64,000 nt of DNA from Eubacteriales bacterium (GTDB taxonomy: Bacteria; Bacillota; Clostridia; Oscillospirales; CAG-272). A model generated the notes under the pieces. It had not been told where the DNA came from, ran no database searches, and saw only the letters and a list, made by a program, of their open reading frames with translations. The translations under genes and the position numbers were made by a program. The stretch covers positions 31,736 through 95,735 of the forward strand of contig JAZQFQ010000058.1 in assembly GCA_045539595.1 (NCBI GenBank). Direction: 5' to 3'. Below, one piece after another: positions 29,510 through 39,571 of this stretch (position 1 is the stretch's first letter; each line of letters begins with the position of its first letter).

Positions 29510-32500
29510 TCAGAACAAGGTTAGCTGATTGGTGGCGGTCAAGCCTTTCAGCACGCCGTTGCGTTCCAGGATCTCCACAACGGTCTTGGATATACCCGCC
29601 TCCCGTTTCAAGGCCTCAATGGAATAGATCTCCTTCTCATCGCGGCAGCGCATGATGTTATCCGCCGCGGTCTCGCCCAAGCCCGGCAGGGAGCCGAAGG
29701 GCAAGCGGATCTTTCCGTTTTCCGGCACAAATTTGCGGGCGTGGGATTTCTGCAGATCCACGGGAAGGAAGGAGAATCCCCGCTGATAATACTCGTTGAC
29801 CAGCATCAGGGCGTTGTAGATTTCCACATCCTTCTGGAGCAGTTCGTTCTTTCGCTTTTTCAGATCCATCATGGTATCGTACACGTATTTCTTGCCGCGC
29901 ATGACGATCTCGGAATCGAATCCGCCGGGTGCGGCAGAGAAATAGCCGGCGTAGAACTCCACGGGATAGTAGACCTTATACCACATGAGGCGCAAGGCAT
30001 CGATGGCATAGGCCGCCGCGTGGGCCTTGGGGAACATGTAGCGGATCTTCTGCAGCGAATCGATATACCACTGGGGCACGCCCTGCTCTACCATGGTGGA
30101 CATCATATCCTCGGGGATCTTGGATCCCTTTTTGTTTTTGCGAACGAACTCCATGATTTTGAAGGCTTTGCCCTTCTCGACGCCGTATTTCTGGATCAGC
30201 GTCAGCATGATGTCGTCACGGCACCCGATTACCTGGGAGACGGTACAAACGCCGTCCCGGATCAGATCCTGGGCATTGCCCACCCACATTCCCGTTCCGT
30301 GGGTCAACCCCTCGATCTGCAACAGATCCGCAAAGTTTTTTGGCTGTGCTTCCATGAGAATATCCCGGCTCAGTTTTGTTCCCATCTCGGGCAAGCCGAG
30401 GGTGGATGTCTTGGAATCGATCTGCTCCGGGGACACGCCGATAGGCTCAGTGGAAGTGAATCCCTGATAGGTGATGGGATCCGTCAGGGGCACATCCAGG
30501 ATATTGATGCCGGAGAACTCCTCCATCCGCTTGTACTTGGTGGGAATATCGTGTCCGAGGATATCCAGCTTGAGGATGGTATCGTGGAGATAGGTAAAGG
30601 CGAAATGGGTGGTGATGATATCGGAATCTGCCTTGTCCGCAGGATGCTGGATGGGAGTGAAGTCGTAGATATCGTACTCCTGGGGCACAACGATGATCCC
30701 GCCGGGGTGCTGACCCGTGGTACGCTTGGTGCCGAGGCATCCGCCGATCAAGCGCTCCATCTCCGCCCGGTTGACGGAGATGCCCTTATCCTCCAGAAAA
30801 TGAGCCGTATAGCCGAAGGCGGTCTTATCCGCCAACGTACCAATGGTGCCGGCCTTGAAGGCCTTTCCCGCACCGAACAGCACTTCCGTGAACTTATGGG
30901 CATCCGCCTGCACGTCGCCGGAGAAGTTCAGATCGATATCCGGCGTTTTATCGCCGTAGAAGCCAAGGAACGTTTCAAAGGGAATATCGTGGCCGTCCCG
31001 GACCATATCCGTGCCGCACGCGGGGCAATCCTTCGGCGGCAGATCGAAGCCGGAGCCTACGGAGCCGTCCTCCACAAATTCCGTATGGCGGCAATGGGGA
31101 CAGCGGTAGTGGGGCGGCAGGGGATTGACTCGGGTGATTCCCGCCATGGTGGCGGCGAAGGAAGATCCCACAGAGCCGCGTGAGCCCACCTGATAGCCCT
31201 TGGATTCGCTGTTTTCCACCAGCTTGCGGGCGATGATATACATAATGGCGAATCCGTTTTTGATGATGGAATCCAATTCACGGGACAGCCGGGCGGACAC
31301 CTGCTCCGGCAGGGGATCGCCGTACAGTGTCTTGGCCAACTCCCAGCATTTATTCGTCAACTCTTCCTCCGCGCCGTCGATGTGGGGCGGATAGTTCCCC
31401 TCGGGAATGGGTCGGACCTTCTCGATCATATCGGAAATCATTTTGGGATTCTCAATAACGATCTCCCGGGCGGTTTCGGGATCCAGATAGTCAAATTCAG
31501 AGAGCATTTCCTCCGTGGTGCGGAAGTACAGCTCCGTGATCTTATCCGCGTCGGAGAACTTCATACCGGAGAGGATGATGCGTCGGAAGATCTCGTCCTC
31601 CGGATCCAGATAGTGGGCGTCGCAGGTGGCCACCACCGGCTTGCCCAACTTCTTACCCAACTCGATGATCTTGCGGTTCAGATCCTGCAGCGCGGCGTCG
31701 TCCGCCACCTTTCCCTGCTCCACCAGGAAGCGGTTGTTGGAAATAGGCTGTACCTCCAGGTAATCGTAGAAGGAGGCGATCTCCTCCAACTCATTCTGGG
31801 GTTTGCCCTCCAGGACCGCAGTGAACAGCTCTCCCGCCTCGCAGGCGGAGCCGATGATGAGTCCCTCTCTCAGCTCCATCAGGCGAGTTTTGGGGATTCG
31901 CGGGTTCCGTCGGTAGTATTTGAGGAAGGAATCGGACACCAGCCGGTAGAGATTCTTCAGTCCGACGGAATTTTTCACCAGAATGATCTGGTGGTAGGTT
32001 TTCAGTTTCAAAGGATCGGAGCGGCTGCTCATGGCCGTATTCAGCGCATCCATGGTGCGGATGCCCTCGTCCGCCAGCTTGTCGACCATTTTCTGATAGA
32101 TCATAGCCAGCATCTCCGCGTCATCAGAGGCACGGTGATGATTGAACTCGCCCAGTTTGAAATAGGTAGCCAGGGTGTCCAGTTTGTGCTTATTCAGTTC
32201 GGGATTCACATAACGGGACATGGCCACCGTGTCCAGATAGCCGTTGGTAAAGGGGATCCCCTGATCCTCGGCGGCTTTGCGGATGAAGCTGATGTCAAAT
32301 CCCGCGTTGTGGGCCACCAGCATCCGATCGCCCACGAAGGCCAGAAATTCCGGCAGAACTTCCTCGATGGGACGTTCGTTTCTGACCATCTCATCGGTGA
32401 TGCCGGTCAGACGGACGATCTCCTCGGGAATTTCCACGCCGGGGTTGACCAGCGAATTGTACACTTCCAGCACCTGTCCGTCCTTGGCGCGGACAGCACC

Positions 32501-33937
32501 GATTTCGGTAATTTTGCAGGTCTGGGGAGACAGGCCGGTGGTCTCGATATCGAACACCACCACTTCCTCCTGCAGATCGGACACGCCCTTGCCGTACACG
32601 GCCCGGGCGGTATCGTCCACAAAATACGCCTCCACGCCGTAGATGACCTTCATGCCCAGCTTTTCCGCTTTGAGCATGGCGGTGGGGAATGCCTGCAGAT
32701 TGCCGTGATCCGTGATCGCTACGGCTTCGTGTCCCCAGCGGTGAGCGGTTTCCACCACTTCCTCCGGCTTGGCCGTGGCATCCATGGCGGACTGGCAGGT
32801 ATGCAGATGCAATTCGATTCGCTTCTCGGGGGCGCTGTCCTCCCGCTTGATCTGCTTCACTTTTTGCACATCGGCATACTGCAGATAGATCTCACCGTCG
32901 AACTTGTCCACCTTCACGTCCCCGCGGACAGCGATGGCGGATCCGGTTTTGAAAATACCGAACAGTTCGTCCTGTGCGTCCTCGGTGATTTGCGTTTTGA
33001 TAAAAATCGACGAATCCCGATCGGTCAGACCGATGTTGACAGCCAATTTACTGCTGTTCCGGATCTCCTTGGTGGTGGAACCGAACACGGTACCGAGGAC
33101 GGTGACACATTTATCGGTAGATTGGAGGGAACGGATCGGCACGGGATTTTCCACCACGAAGCCGTCGCCCACCAGCACCTCAGGCGCGGACACATCAAAC
33201 TTCATGCGGCCACTTTGTACGATGCCCTCGCCGATGACAGCGGATTCGGCACTTCCCTCAAAGAGGGAGTTCACACGGGTGAGATTGGGCTTGTCCGCCG
33301 ATGCATTTCCATCGGTGGGAGCGGCGGCTTCCGCCGCACGGGCCGCGGCTGCGGCGGCCTGGCGGGCGGGAATCTGGGCGGCTTCTTCCCGAAGCCACGC
33401 TTCCCTGGCCGCTTCGTAATCCTTATAATGATCAGCATAATCGGCGGCCTGCACAATCTTTACCGTGCGCTCCACGCCGAACTCACTGCGGATAATGCCT
33501 GTCAGGATCTCGCCGGTTTTGGCCAGATCCAGCAAATTGATCCCGCCCTGCAAAAAGGGGATGCGGATCTCAATGATATCGCCGTTTTCCACGATTTCAT
33601 ACCGATCAAAAAAGCCGTTGACCACACTGCCGATGCGCTTGGCCTCACACAGCACCTCATCCATATACGATGTGGTAAACAACTCAGAGGGATAATGGGG
33701 GAATAGGCGAATGGAATTCTGGCCGTAGAACTCCGTCAGCGCCGCCTCCGTTTCATACAGAACGGCTTTGCGGAACAGTTTGGGGAGGGTGAAGTTGACC
33801 TCCACCATCTTGAGTTCCTGGGCGGCGCGGATGCGCACATTTTCCGCCAAGGCAAACAACTCACGCTGTGCCCGGGACACGGGCATATAGCGTGAGAAGT
33901 ATTCACCAAGTGTTCTTTTTTTCTTTTCCACAGCCAT
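29510..33937 (-). CDS. polC: DNA polymerase III alpha subunit, PolC type
   Basis: ORF 29510..34117 is 5'-extended. Start is ATG 33937 (MAVEKKKRTLGEYF) after GGAGAA. Contains PHP ELHLHTCQSAMDA, DEDD exonuclease VVVFDIETTGLS, Zn finger HYRCPHCRH..CPACG, catalytic PDIDLNFSGD and KLDILGHD, and C-terminal HhH. The ATG shares one nt with the ispG TAA (TAATG). Confidence 0.97.
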   Translation of the reverse strand: MAVEKKKRTLGEYFSRYMPVSRAQRELFALAENVRIRAAQELKMVEVNFTLPKLFRKAVLYETEAALTEFYGQNSIRLFPHYPSELFTTSYMDEVLCEAKRIGSVVNGFFDRYEIVENGDIIEIRIPFLQGGINLLDLAKTGEILTGIIRSEFGVERTVKIVQAADYADHYKDYEAAREAWLREEAAQIPARQAAAAAARAAEAAAPTDGNASADKPNLTRVNSLFEGSAESAVIGEGIVQSGRMKFDVSAPEVLVGDGFVVENPVPIRSLQSTDKCVTVLGTVFGSTTKEIRNSSKLAVNIGLTDRDSSIFIKTQITEDAQDELFGIFKTGSAIAVRGDVKVDKFDGEIYLQYADVQKVKQIKREDSAPEKRIELHLHTCQSAMDATAKPEEVVETAHRWGHEAVAITDHGNLQAFPTAMLKAEKLGMKVIYGVEAYFVDDTARAVYGKGVSDLQEEVVVFDIETTGLSPQTCKITEIGAVRAKDGQVLEVYNSLVNPGVEIPEEIVRLTGITDEMVRNERPIEEVLPEFLAFVGDRMLVAHNAGFDISFIRKAAEDQGIPFTNGYLDTVAMSRYVNPELNKHKLDTLATYFKLGEFNHHRASDDAEMLAMIYQKMVDKLADEGIRTMDALNTAMSSRSDPLKLKTYHQIILVKNSVGLKNLYRLVSDSFLKYYRRNPRIPKTRLMELREGLIIGSACEAGELFTAVLEGKPQNELEEIASFYDYLEVQPISNNRFLVEQGKVADDAALQDLNRKIIELGKKLGKPVVATCDAHYLDPEDEIFRRIILSGMKFSDADKITELYFRTTEEMLSEFDYLDPETAREIVIENPKMISDMIEKVRPIPEGNYPPHIDGAEEELTNKCWELAKTLYGDPLPEQVSARLSRELDSIIKNGFAIMYIIARKLVENSESKGYQVGSRGSVGSSFAATMAGITRVNPLPPHYRCPHCRHTEFVEDGSVGSGFDLPPKDCPACGTDMVRDGHDIPFETFLGFYGDKTPDIDLNFSGDVQADAHKFTEVLFGAGKAFKAGTIGTLADKTAFGYTAHFLEDKGISVNRAEMERLIGGCLGTKRTTGQHPGGIIVVPQEYDIYDFTPIQHPADKADSDIITTHFAFTYLHDTILKLDILGHDIPTKYKRMEEFSGINILDVPLTDPITYQGFTSTEPIGVSPEQIDSKTSTLGLPEMGTKLSRDILMEAQPKNFADLLQIEGLTHGTGMWVGNAQDLIRDGVCTVSQVIGCRDDIMLTLIQKYGVEKGKAFKIMEFVRKNKKGSKIPEDMMSTMVEQGVPQWYIDSLQKIRYMFPKAHAAAYAIDALRLMWYKVYYPVEFYAGYFSAAPGGFDSEIVMRGKKYVYDTMMDLKKRKNELLQKDVEIYNALMLVNEYYQRGFSFLPVDLQKSHARKFVPENGKIRLPFGSLPGLGETAADNIMRCRDEKEIYSIEALKREAGISKTVVEILERNGVLKGLTATNQLTLF

Positions 33938-35028
33938 TATGTATTCTCCGATGCGGCAGCAAGAAATTGATGGGTTTCCTGGAGAAGGCGTTCCACAATC
34001 TGATCTTCCTCTACGCGGCACACCGTCTCGCCGTGGCGGAACAGAACGGCAAATCCGTCCCCGCCGGCGATGCCGAAATCCGCATCCCGCGCTTCGCCCG
34101 GGCCGTTGACCACGCATCCCATGACGGCAACTTTGACGGTCTTTCCTTTGGTATCGATGGTCTGTGCCGCTTCCTTGAAACGGGCGGCCAGGCCGATCAG
34201 ATCGATTTTAGTCCGGCCGCAGGTGGGACAGGAGATGACCTCCACCCCGCCCCGGGTATCCAAACCGAAGATGCGAAGCAGTTCCCGTCCGGCACGGACT
34301 TCCTCTACCACGTCGGCGGTGAGGGATACGCGCAAGGTATCCCCGATACCATCCGCCAGCAGAGCGCCGATACCGGCGGCATTTTTGATGAGGCCGGTGT
34401 AGGAATCCCCTGCCTCCGTCACGCCCAGATGCAAGGGATAGGAGCATCCCTGTGCCGCCAGGCGGTACACTTCCACGGAATCCTGCACGGAGGAGGTCTT
34501 CAGGGACAAAACGATATCGGAAAAGCCAAACTTCTCCAGCATTTCCGCCTGGGAAAAGGCGGACTCCACCAGCGCCTGCGGCGTGGGACGTCCGTAGGCT
34601 TTCCGCAGATCGGCGGCGAGAGATCCGCCGTTGACGCCGATGCGGATGGGGATGCCGGCCGCACGGCAGGCCTCTGCCACCTCGCGGACCTTCCACTCCG
34701 CCCCGATATTGCCGGGGTTGATGCGGATTTTGGACGCGCCGGCTTTCACGGAAGCCAGTGCCAATGTATAATCAAAATGGATATCGGCCACCAGGGGAAT
34801 CGTGACCCCCCGCTCCCGCAGATAGCGGAAAGCCTCCGCCGATTCGGTATCCGGCACAGCCAGACGGACAATATCGCATCCCGCCTGCACCAGCCGCTCG
34901 GTAAGAGCATAAGCCGCCGGGAAATCGTGGGCGGGCGTATTCAGCATGGACTGCACCGGGATCGGCGCACCTCCGCCGATCGGCACATCGCCTGCGCGTA
35001 TGGCGCGGCTGACTCTTCTTTCTTTCAT
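33937..35028 (-). CDS. ispG: 4-hydroxy-3-methylbut-2-en-1-yl diphosphate synthase
   Basis: The listed ORF is 5'-extended. Start is ATG 35028 (MKERRVSRAIRAGDVPIGGGAPIPVQSMLNT). C-terminal Fe-S cysteines ...ISCPTCGR...GCVVNGPGE. Confidence 0.93.
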   Translation of the reverse strand: MKERRVSRAIRAGDVPIGGGAPIPVQSMLNTPAHDFPAAYALTERLVQAGCDIVRLAVPDTESAEAFRYLRERGVTIPLVADIHFDYTLALASVKAGASKIRINPGNIGAEWKVREVAEACRAAGIPIRIGVNGGSLAADLRKAYGRPTPQALVESAFSQAEMLEKFGFSDIVLSLKTSSVQDSVEVYRLAAQGCSYPLHLGVTEAGDSYTGLIKNAAGIGALLADGIGDTLRVSLTADVVEEVRAGRELLRIFGLDTRGGVEVISCPTCGRTKIDLIGLAARFKEAAQTIDTKGKTVKVAVMGCVVNGPGEARDADFGIAGGDGFAVLFRHGETVCRVEEDQIVERLLQETHQFLAAASENT

Positions 35029-35039
35029 AATTACCTCGT

Positions 35040-36068
35040 TTATCGTAGCAGCCCGATAATATCCTTGAATGTGATCAGCACCATGGCCAGCATAAGGACA
35101 GCCAGACCGGCGAAGTGGATATATCCCTCGATCCGCGCGGGAACCGGCTTGCGGCGGATGCCCTCGATCAAAAGAAACACGAGCCGTCCGCCGTCCAGCG
35201 CAGGCAGGGGCAGCAGATTCATAATGCCCAGATTCATACTGATGACCACCGCCAGATAGACCAGGCTGGACAGGCTGGTGGAGGCGGCTTCCGTCATGGC
35301 CTGGGTAACGCCCACGGGGCCGGACACGGCTTCCATGCCGTACCGTCCGCTGACCAGATCGTACAGGGATTCCCAAATCATTTTGATGGTGGAAACGGAG
35401 CGAACGCAGGCGTGCTTCAGGACAGCCAAAGGCGTTTTTGCCTCCGCATAAGGAATGAAATCCACGTTGCCGAAGACAACGCCGCTATCGGTGATGGTGG
35501 GGAAAACCACATCGGAGACGGTGATCTCACTGCCGTCTCGCACAACGGTGATATCGATGGGCTCCACGCCCTTGCGCATGATTTCGTAGAGCAGATCATT
35601 GAAGGTATACACGCGGGTGCCGTCCACCGCGGTGATCTGATCCTTCGCCTGCAGATACTGCACGCTGGTGCTGTTTTCATCAAAGGAATGGATGGTGGTG
35701 GACGGAAGTGCCTTCGCTGTGGCCACCAGGATGCCCATCACCAGAATACCCGCCACCAGATTGACGGTGGCACCGGCGGCGGTGATGATAAACCGCTGCC
35801 ACACGGGCTTTTTATTGAAAGCGTTGGGATCATCGGACTCCTCATCCTCCCCGGCCATGCTGACAAAGCCGCCGAAGGGGAGCAAGCGGAGCGAATAGGC
35901 GATGCCCGTCTTTTTCGATGTATGAGAAAGGATTTTCGGTCCCATGCCGATGGCAAATTCGTACACGGTCACATGGAACAAGCGGGCAAAGAGGTAGTGT
36001 CCCGCTTCGTGAATCAGAATGAGAATTCCGAAAATAAAAATCGCGAGAAGAATGTATAAAAAGGTCAT
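35040..36068 (-). CDS. rseP: RIP zinc metalloprotease RseP/RasP (M50 site-2 protease)
   Basis: HEAGHYLFA motif, a central PDZ-like region and C-terminal NLLPLPALDGG. Start is ATG 36068 or 36080. Confidence 0.9.
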   Translation of the reverse strand: MTFLYILLAIFIFGILILIHEAGHYLFARLFHVTVYEFAIGMGPKILSHTSKKTGIAYSLRLLPFGGFVSMAGEDEESDDPNAFNKKPVWQRFIITAAGATVNLVAGILVMGILVATAKALPSTTIHSFDENSTSVQYLQAKDQITAVDGTRVYTFNDLLYEIMRKGVEPIDITVVRDGSEITVSDVVFPTITDSGVVFGNVDFIPYAEAKTPLAVLKHACVRSVSTIKMIWESLYDLVSGRYGMEAVSGPVGVTQAMTEAASTSLSSLVYLAVVISMNLGIMNLLPLPALDGGRLVFLLIEGIRRKPVPARIEGYIHFAGLAVLMLAMVLITFKDIIGLLR

Positions 36069-36100
36069 GGGTATATCCACCTTTCTATTTTGCGCTGATC

Positions 36101-37330
36101 TCAGCGCGTGTATTTTTTCAGAATTTGCCGGGCCGTATCCCGGGCGGTCTGCTCTGCTGTGTAGATATCCTCCACGCAGGCGGGCTCATAGTCTCCGGTG
36201 CGCTCCAGCGTTTCCATCACCACGTCGGCCATGGTATTCAGCGAGATTTTATCCTGCAAAAAGGCCTCCACGGCCTCCTCATCGGCGGCTACCAGGGCCG
36301 CAGGCACGATACCGCCGCGGCGGATGGCATCCCGCGCCGTATCCAGCAGAGGAAATGTCTTTGTATCGGGTGCGTGGAAGGTGAGGGATTGCAGCGCAGC
36401 GAAATCCAGCCCCGGCGCATCCACCCACGCACGGGTGGGATAGGAGGCGGCATAGCGGATGCAGGAACGCATATCCGGTGCGCCCAGCTGGGCGATAACC
36501 GTATTATCAATATACTCCACCATAGAGTGAATTATACTCTGGCGGTGGACAAGCACGTCAATCTGATCCACGGACACGCCGAACAGGCGCACCGCTTCGA
36601 TGACTTCAAATCCCTTATTCATGAGGGTGGCGCAGTCGATGGTGATTTTCGGTCCCATCTTCCAGGTGGGATGGGCCAGGGCCTGGGCGGGCGTGACTTT
36701 CTCAAGTCCGTCCCGATCCATGCCGAAAAAGGGGCCGCCCGAGGCGGTCAGCAAAATCCGGCGGACGATGGGCGAGCCGCTGCATCCGTTTGCCTGTACG
36801 GCACCGGAGGCGGCCAGGCACTGAAAAATGGCGCTGTGCTCGCTGTCCACGGGGATCAGCTGTCCCCCGCTCTGCTTCAGGGCGTCGTAAATCTTATCAC
36901 CGGCGACAATAATGGCCTCTTTATTGGCCATGCCGATTCGGGCACCGCTTTCGGCAGCCGCCATAGCGGACGGCAGTCCCGCCAGACCGGCGATGGAATG
37001 GATGATCAGATTCGCGCCGCATTCGGCGATGCCGCGGCATACCGCGTCCTTACCGCCGTAAACACGGATATTCTCCCCAGCCAAGGCGAGACGGAGGTCA
37101 TTGGCGGCCGCTTCGCTGTCCATGGTGCAGATATCTGGTTTATGAAGCCGTGCCTGCTCGGCCACGGTTTTGGCATCCCGGCCGGCGGCCAGCATTACGA
37201 TACGGCATCCCATGGTGCTCAAGGCATCGATGGCCTGGGCACCCACGCTGCCGGTACTGCCAAGGATAGCCACCCGCAAGGGATTCTCCTTCGGGGAAAC
37301 GAAGGGCTGTAATCCGGTATTCTCTATCAT
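36101..37330 (-). CDS. dxr: 1-deoxy-D-xylulose-5-phosphate reductoisomerase
   Basis: VAILGSTGSVGAQAIDAL, ...LIPVDSEHSAIFQCL... ATGA overlap with the cdsA stop. Confidence 0.93.
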   Translation of the reverse strand: MIENTGLQPFVSPKENPLRVAILGSTGSVGAQAIDALSTMGCRIVMLAAGRDAKTVAEQARLHKPDICTMDSEAAANDLRLALAGENIRVYGGKDAVCRGIAECGANLIIHSIAGLAGLPSAMAAAESGARIGMANKEAIIVAGDKIYDALKQSGGQLIPVDSEHSAIFQCLAASGAVQANGCSGSPIVRRILLTASGGPFFGMDRDGLEKVTPAQALAHPTWKMGPKITIDCATLMNKGFEVIEAVRLFGVSVDQIDVLVHRQSIIHSMVEYIDNTVIAQLGAPDMRSCIRYAASYPTRAWVDAPGLDFAALQSLTFHAPDTKTFPLLDTARDAIRRGGIVPAALVAADEEAVEAFLQDKISLNTMADVVMETLERTGDYEPACVEDIYTAEQTARDTARQILKKYTR

Positions 37331-38166
37331 TGAAACAACTGAATTCCTTTTACAAGTTCACTTAAAATCACGACAAGCGGCACGACACCGAGCACGCTGT
37401 CAAAACGGTCCAGGATTCCGCCGTGTCCCGGCAGGATGAATCCGTAGTCCTTGATGCCGTACTTGCGCTTGATGTGGGACATAATCAGATCGCCAATCTG
37501 GGAAACCACGGCGATCACCGCACCGATCAAAGCAAGGGCGCCGTAACTGACGGCGGTGATCTCACCGATGAAGGTTTTCAGAATAAATCCGTACAGCATG
37601 GCCGCCAGGGCGCAGAACACCACGCCGCCGATGGCACCCTCCACGGTTTTATTGGGGCTCACATCGGGGATCAGTTTATGCCGGCCGAAAAGCCGTCCGC
37701 AGAAATAAGCAAACACATCGGATATCCACGGGCCGTACAGGGTGAGTATGAGGAAATACAATCCGAAATCCCGATCCCGCAAAAGCACCAGCGCGCCAAA
37801 GGACGCAATTATGTAGAAAACGGTGGTATAGGAGGAGAATACTTCTTCCAACCCCAATTTTCCGTGAGAAAATACGCTGACGGCAAACAGGTAGATGAGA
37901 TAGCAGAACATGGCGATCATAAAGATCAGAAGCATGTCGTGGGGAGTGCTGTGATACCGCAAGGCAAACGGAAATGCGGCCGCCATCAACAATGCCGGAG
38001 CCGCGATGGCCATCTTGCCCCTCGTGCCCACACAGCCAAGCATTTCAAACACGGCCATGAAGCTCATAGCGGCAACGAACGCAGGCCAGGCAACGGTATG
38101 GGAAAGAAGGCACAGCGGTGCTGTCACCAATATAATAAATATTGCTGTTATTACTCTTGTACGCAT
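37327..38166 (-). CDS. cdsA: phosphatidate cytidylyltransferase
   Basis: 279-aa membrane protein, ...KRKYGIKDYGFILPGHGGILDRFDS signature. Confidence 0.9.
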   Translation of the reverse strand: MRTRVITAIFIILVTAPLCLLSHTVAWPAFVAAMSFMAVFEMLGCVGTRGKMAIAAPALLMAAAFPFALRYHSTPHDMLLIFMIAMFCYLIYLFAVSVFSHGKLGLEEVFSSYTTVFYIIASFGALVLLRDRDFGLYFLILTLYGPWISDVFAYFCGRLFGRHKLIPDVSPNKTVEGAIGGVVFCALAAMLYGFILKTFIGEITAVSYGALALIGAVIAVVSQIGDLIMSHIKRKYGIKDYGFILPGHGGILDRFDSVLGVVPLVVILSELVKGIQLFQ

Positions 38167-38199
38167 GGAATCACCTTCCGCTAATTATTGATCGTATCA

Positions 38200-38922
38200 T
38201 CACACGCCGCCGTAACGACGTTTCCGATGGGAAAATTCCTCGACGGCCGCGCGAAGATTTTCCTCGTGGAAATCGGGCCACAGCACATCGGTGAAGTACA
38301 ACTCCGCATAGGCGGCCTGCCACAACAGGAAATTGGACAGGCGGTATTCCCCGGCAGTACGGACGATCAGATCCGGGTCGGCGCAATGGCCGGTATACAG
38401 GGCCGCGGACAAGTCCGCCTCCGTGATCTCGCCGCCCCGCTCCGCCAGTTGGCGGCAGGCATGAACCAACTCGGCCCGTCCGCCGTAATTCAAGGCGATA
38501 TTGAGAAGGGAGCGATTGTCTTTGGTCAACTGCTCCAGTTCAGTACATTTGGCGGCCAGGGCCGGTTTCAAACCGGACTTATCCCCCAAAAAGACATAGC
38601 GGATGCCGTTTTCGTCATTGGATTCCTTTGCCTCGGCGATAAACCGATCCAGCAGCTGCATGATCGCGTTGACCTCCAAGGCGGGACGCTTCCAGTTTTC
38701 GGTGGAAAACGCGTACACGGTGACGGCGTGAATGCCGATATCGCCGCACAGGCGGACGATCGATTTCAGATTGTCCGCGCCGGCCCGGTGGCCTGCCTCC
38801 CGGGGCAGATTCTGCCGGGTGGCCCAGCGGCCGTTGCCGTCCATAATGAAGGCGATGTGCCGCAGGGAGGTTTTCTCCACGGTTTCACGCAAAGCGATTA
38901 TCTCATGTTGTTCCATCATCAT
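38200..38922 (-). CDS. uppS: undecaprenyl diphosphate synthase (isoprenyl transferase)
   Basis: HIAFIMDGNGRWA, ...TVYAFSTENWKRP..., ...RLSNFLLWQAAYAELYF. Confidence 0.95.
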   Translation of the reverse strand: MMMEQHEIIALRETVEKTSLRHIAFIMDGNGRWATRQNLPREAGHRAGADNLKSIVRLCGDIGIHAVTVYAFSTENWKRPALEVNAIMQLLDRFIAEAKESNDENGIRYVFLGDKSGLKPALAAKCTELEQLTKDNRSLLNIALNYGGRAELVHACRQLAERGGEITEADLSAALYTGHCADPDLIVRTAGEYRLSNFLLWQAAYAELYFTDVLWPDFHEENLRAAVEEFSHRKRRYGGV

Positions 38923-39016
38923 TCAAAAAGATCCTCCTATAGCAACAAACGCCCCGGCCGCCGCAAAAGCGTACAGTGCCAAGGCGATTGCGCAGATGGA
39001 TACGGAACCGTATCCA

Positions 39017-39571
39017 TCAGATCTCCATAATTTCCTTGTCTTTTTTCGCAGTGATCTCGTCCACCATCTTGATGTACTTATCCGTCAGATCCTGTACGGA
39101 CTTCTCAGACTGCTTCTGCTCATCCTCGTTCATCTCGGACGCCTTCTTCATTTCCTTGCACTTGTCGTTGGCCTCACGGCGGATGTTACGCAGCGCTACC
39201 TTAGTGTCCTCGCCCATCTTAGAGATCTGCTTCTTCAATTCCTTACGGCGCTCCTCCGTCAACTGGGGGAACAGCAGGCGAATCACCTTACCGTCGTTGG
39301 AAGGAGTGATGCCCACATCGGATGCCAGAATGGCCTTCTCGATGGGCTTGTTCAAAGAGGCATCCCACGGGGTGATGGTCAGAGTTCTTGCGTCGGAAAC
39401 GTTTACGTTTGCCACACTGCTGATGGGAGTGGGGGTTCCGTAGTAATCCACGTTCACGCGGGATAACACGGCGGCGTTGGCGCGGCCTACGCGGACGCTG
39501 CCCAGATTATCTTCGTAAACCTCGATTGTTTTCTTCATTTTGCTCTCATACACTTTGGTGTCCAGTTTCAT
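39017..39571 (-). CDS. frr: ribosome recycling factor
   Basis: 184 aa, ...LGSVRVGRANAAVLSRVNVDYYGTPTPI... ATGA overlap with pyrH. Confidence 0.95.
   Translation of the reverse strand: MKLDTKVYESKMKKTIEVYEDNLGSVRVGRANAAVLSRVNVDYYGTPTPISSVANVNVSDARTLTITPWDASLNKPIEKAILASDVGITPSNDGKVIRLLFPQLTEERRKELKKQISKMGEDTKVALRNIRREANDKCKEMKKASEMNEDEQKQSEKSVQDLTDKYIKMVDEITAKKDKEIMEI

Noticed and set aside
29359-29655. A 98-aa ORF (MQGELSAKRLTEGL...LPLHKGSF...) and the 329-aa minus ORF 28512..29501.
   Set aside because: Both are read-throughs of the hairpin-dense intergenic element and of antisense polC or nucleoside-hydrolase sequence. The peptide wording is what GC-rich palindromic repeats produce when translated.
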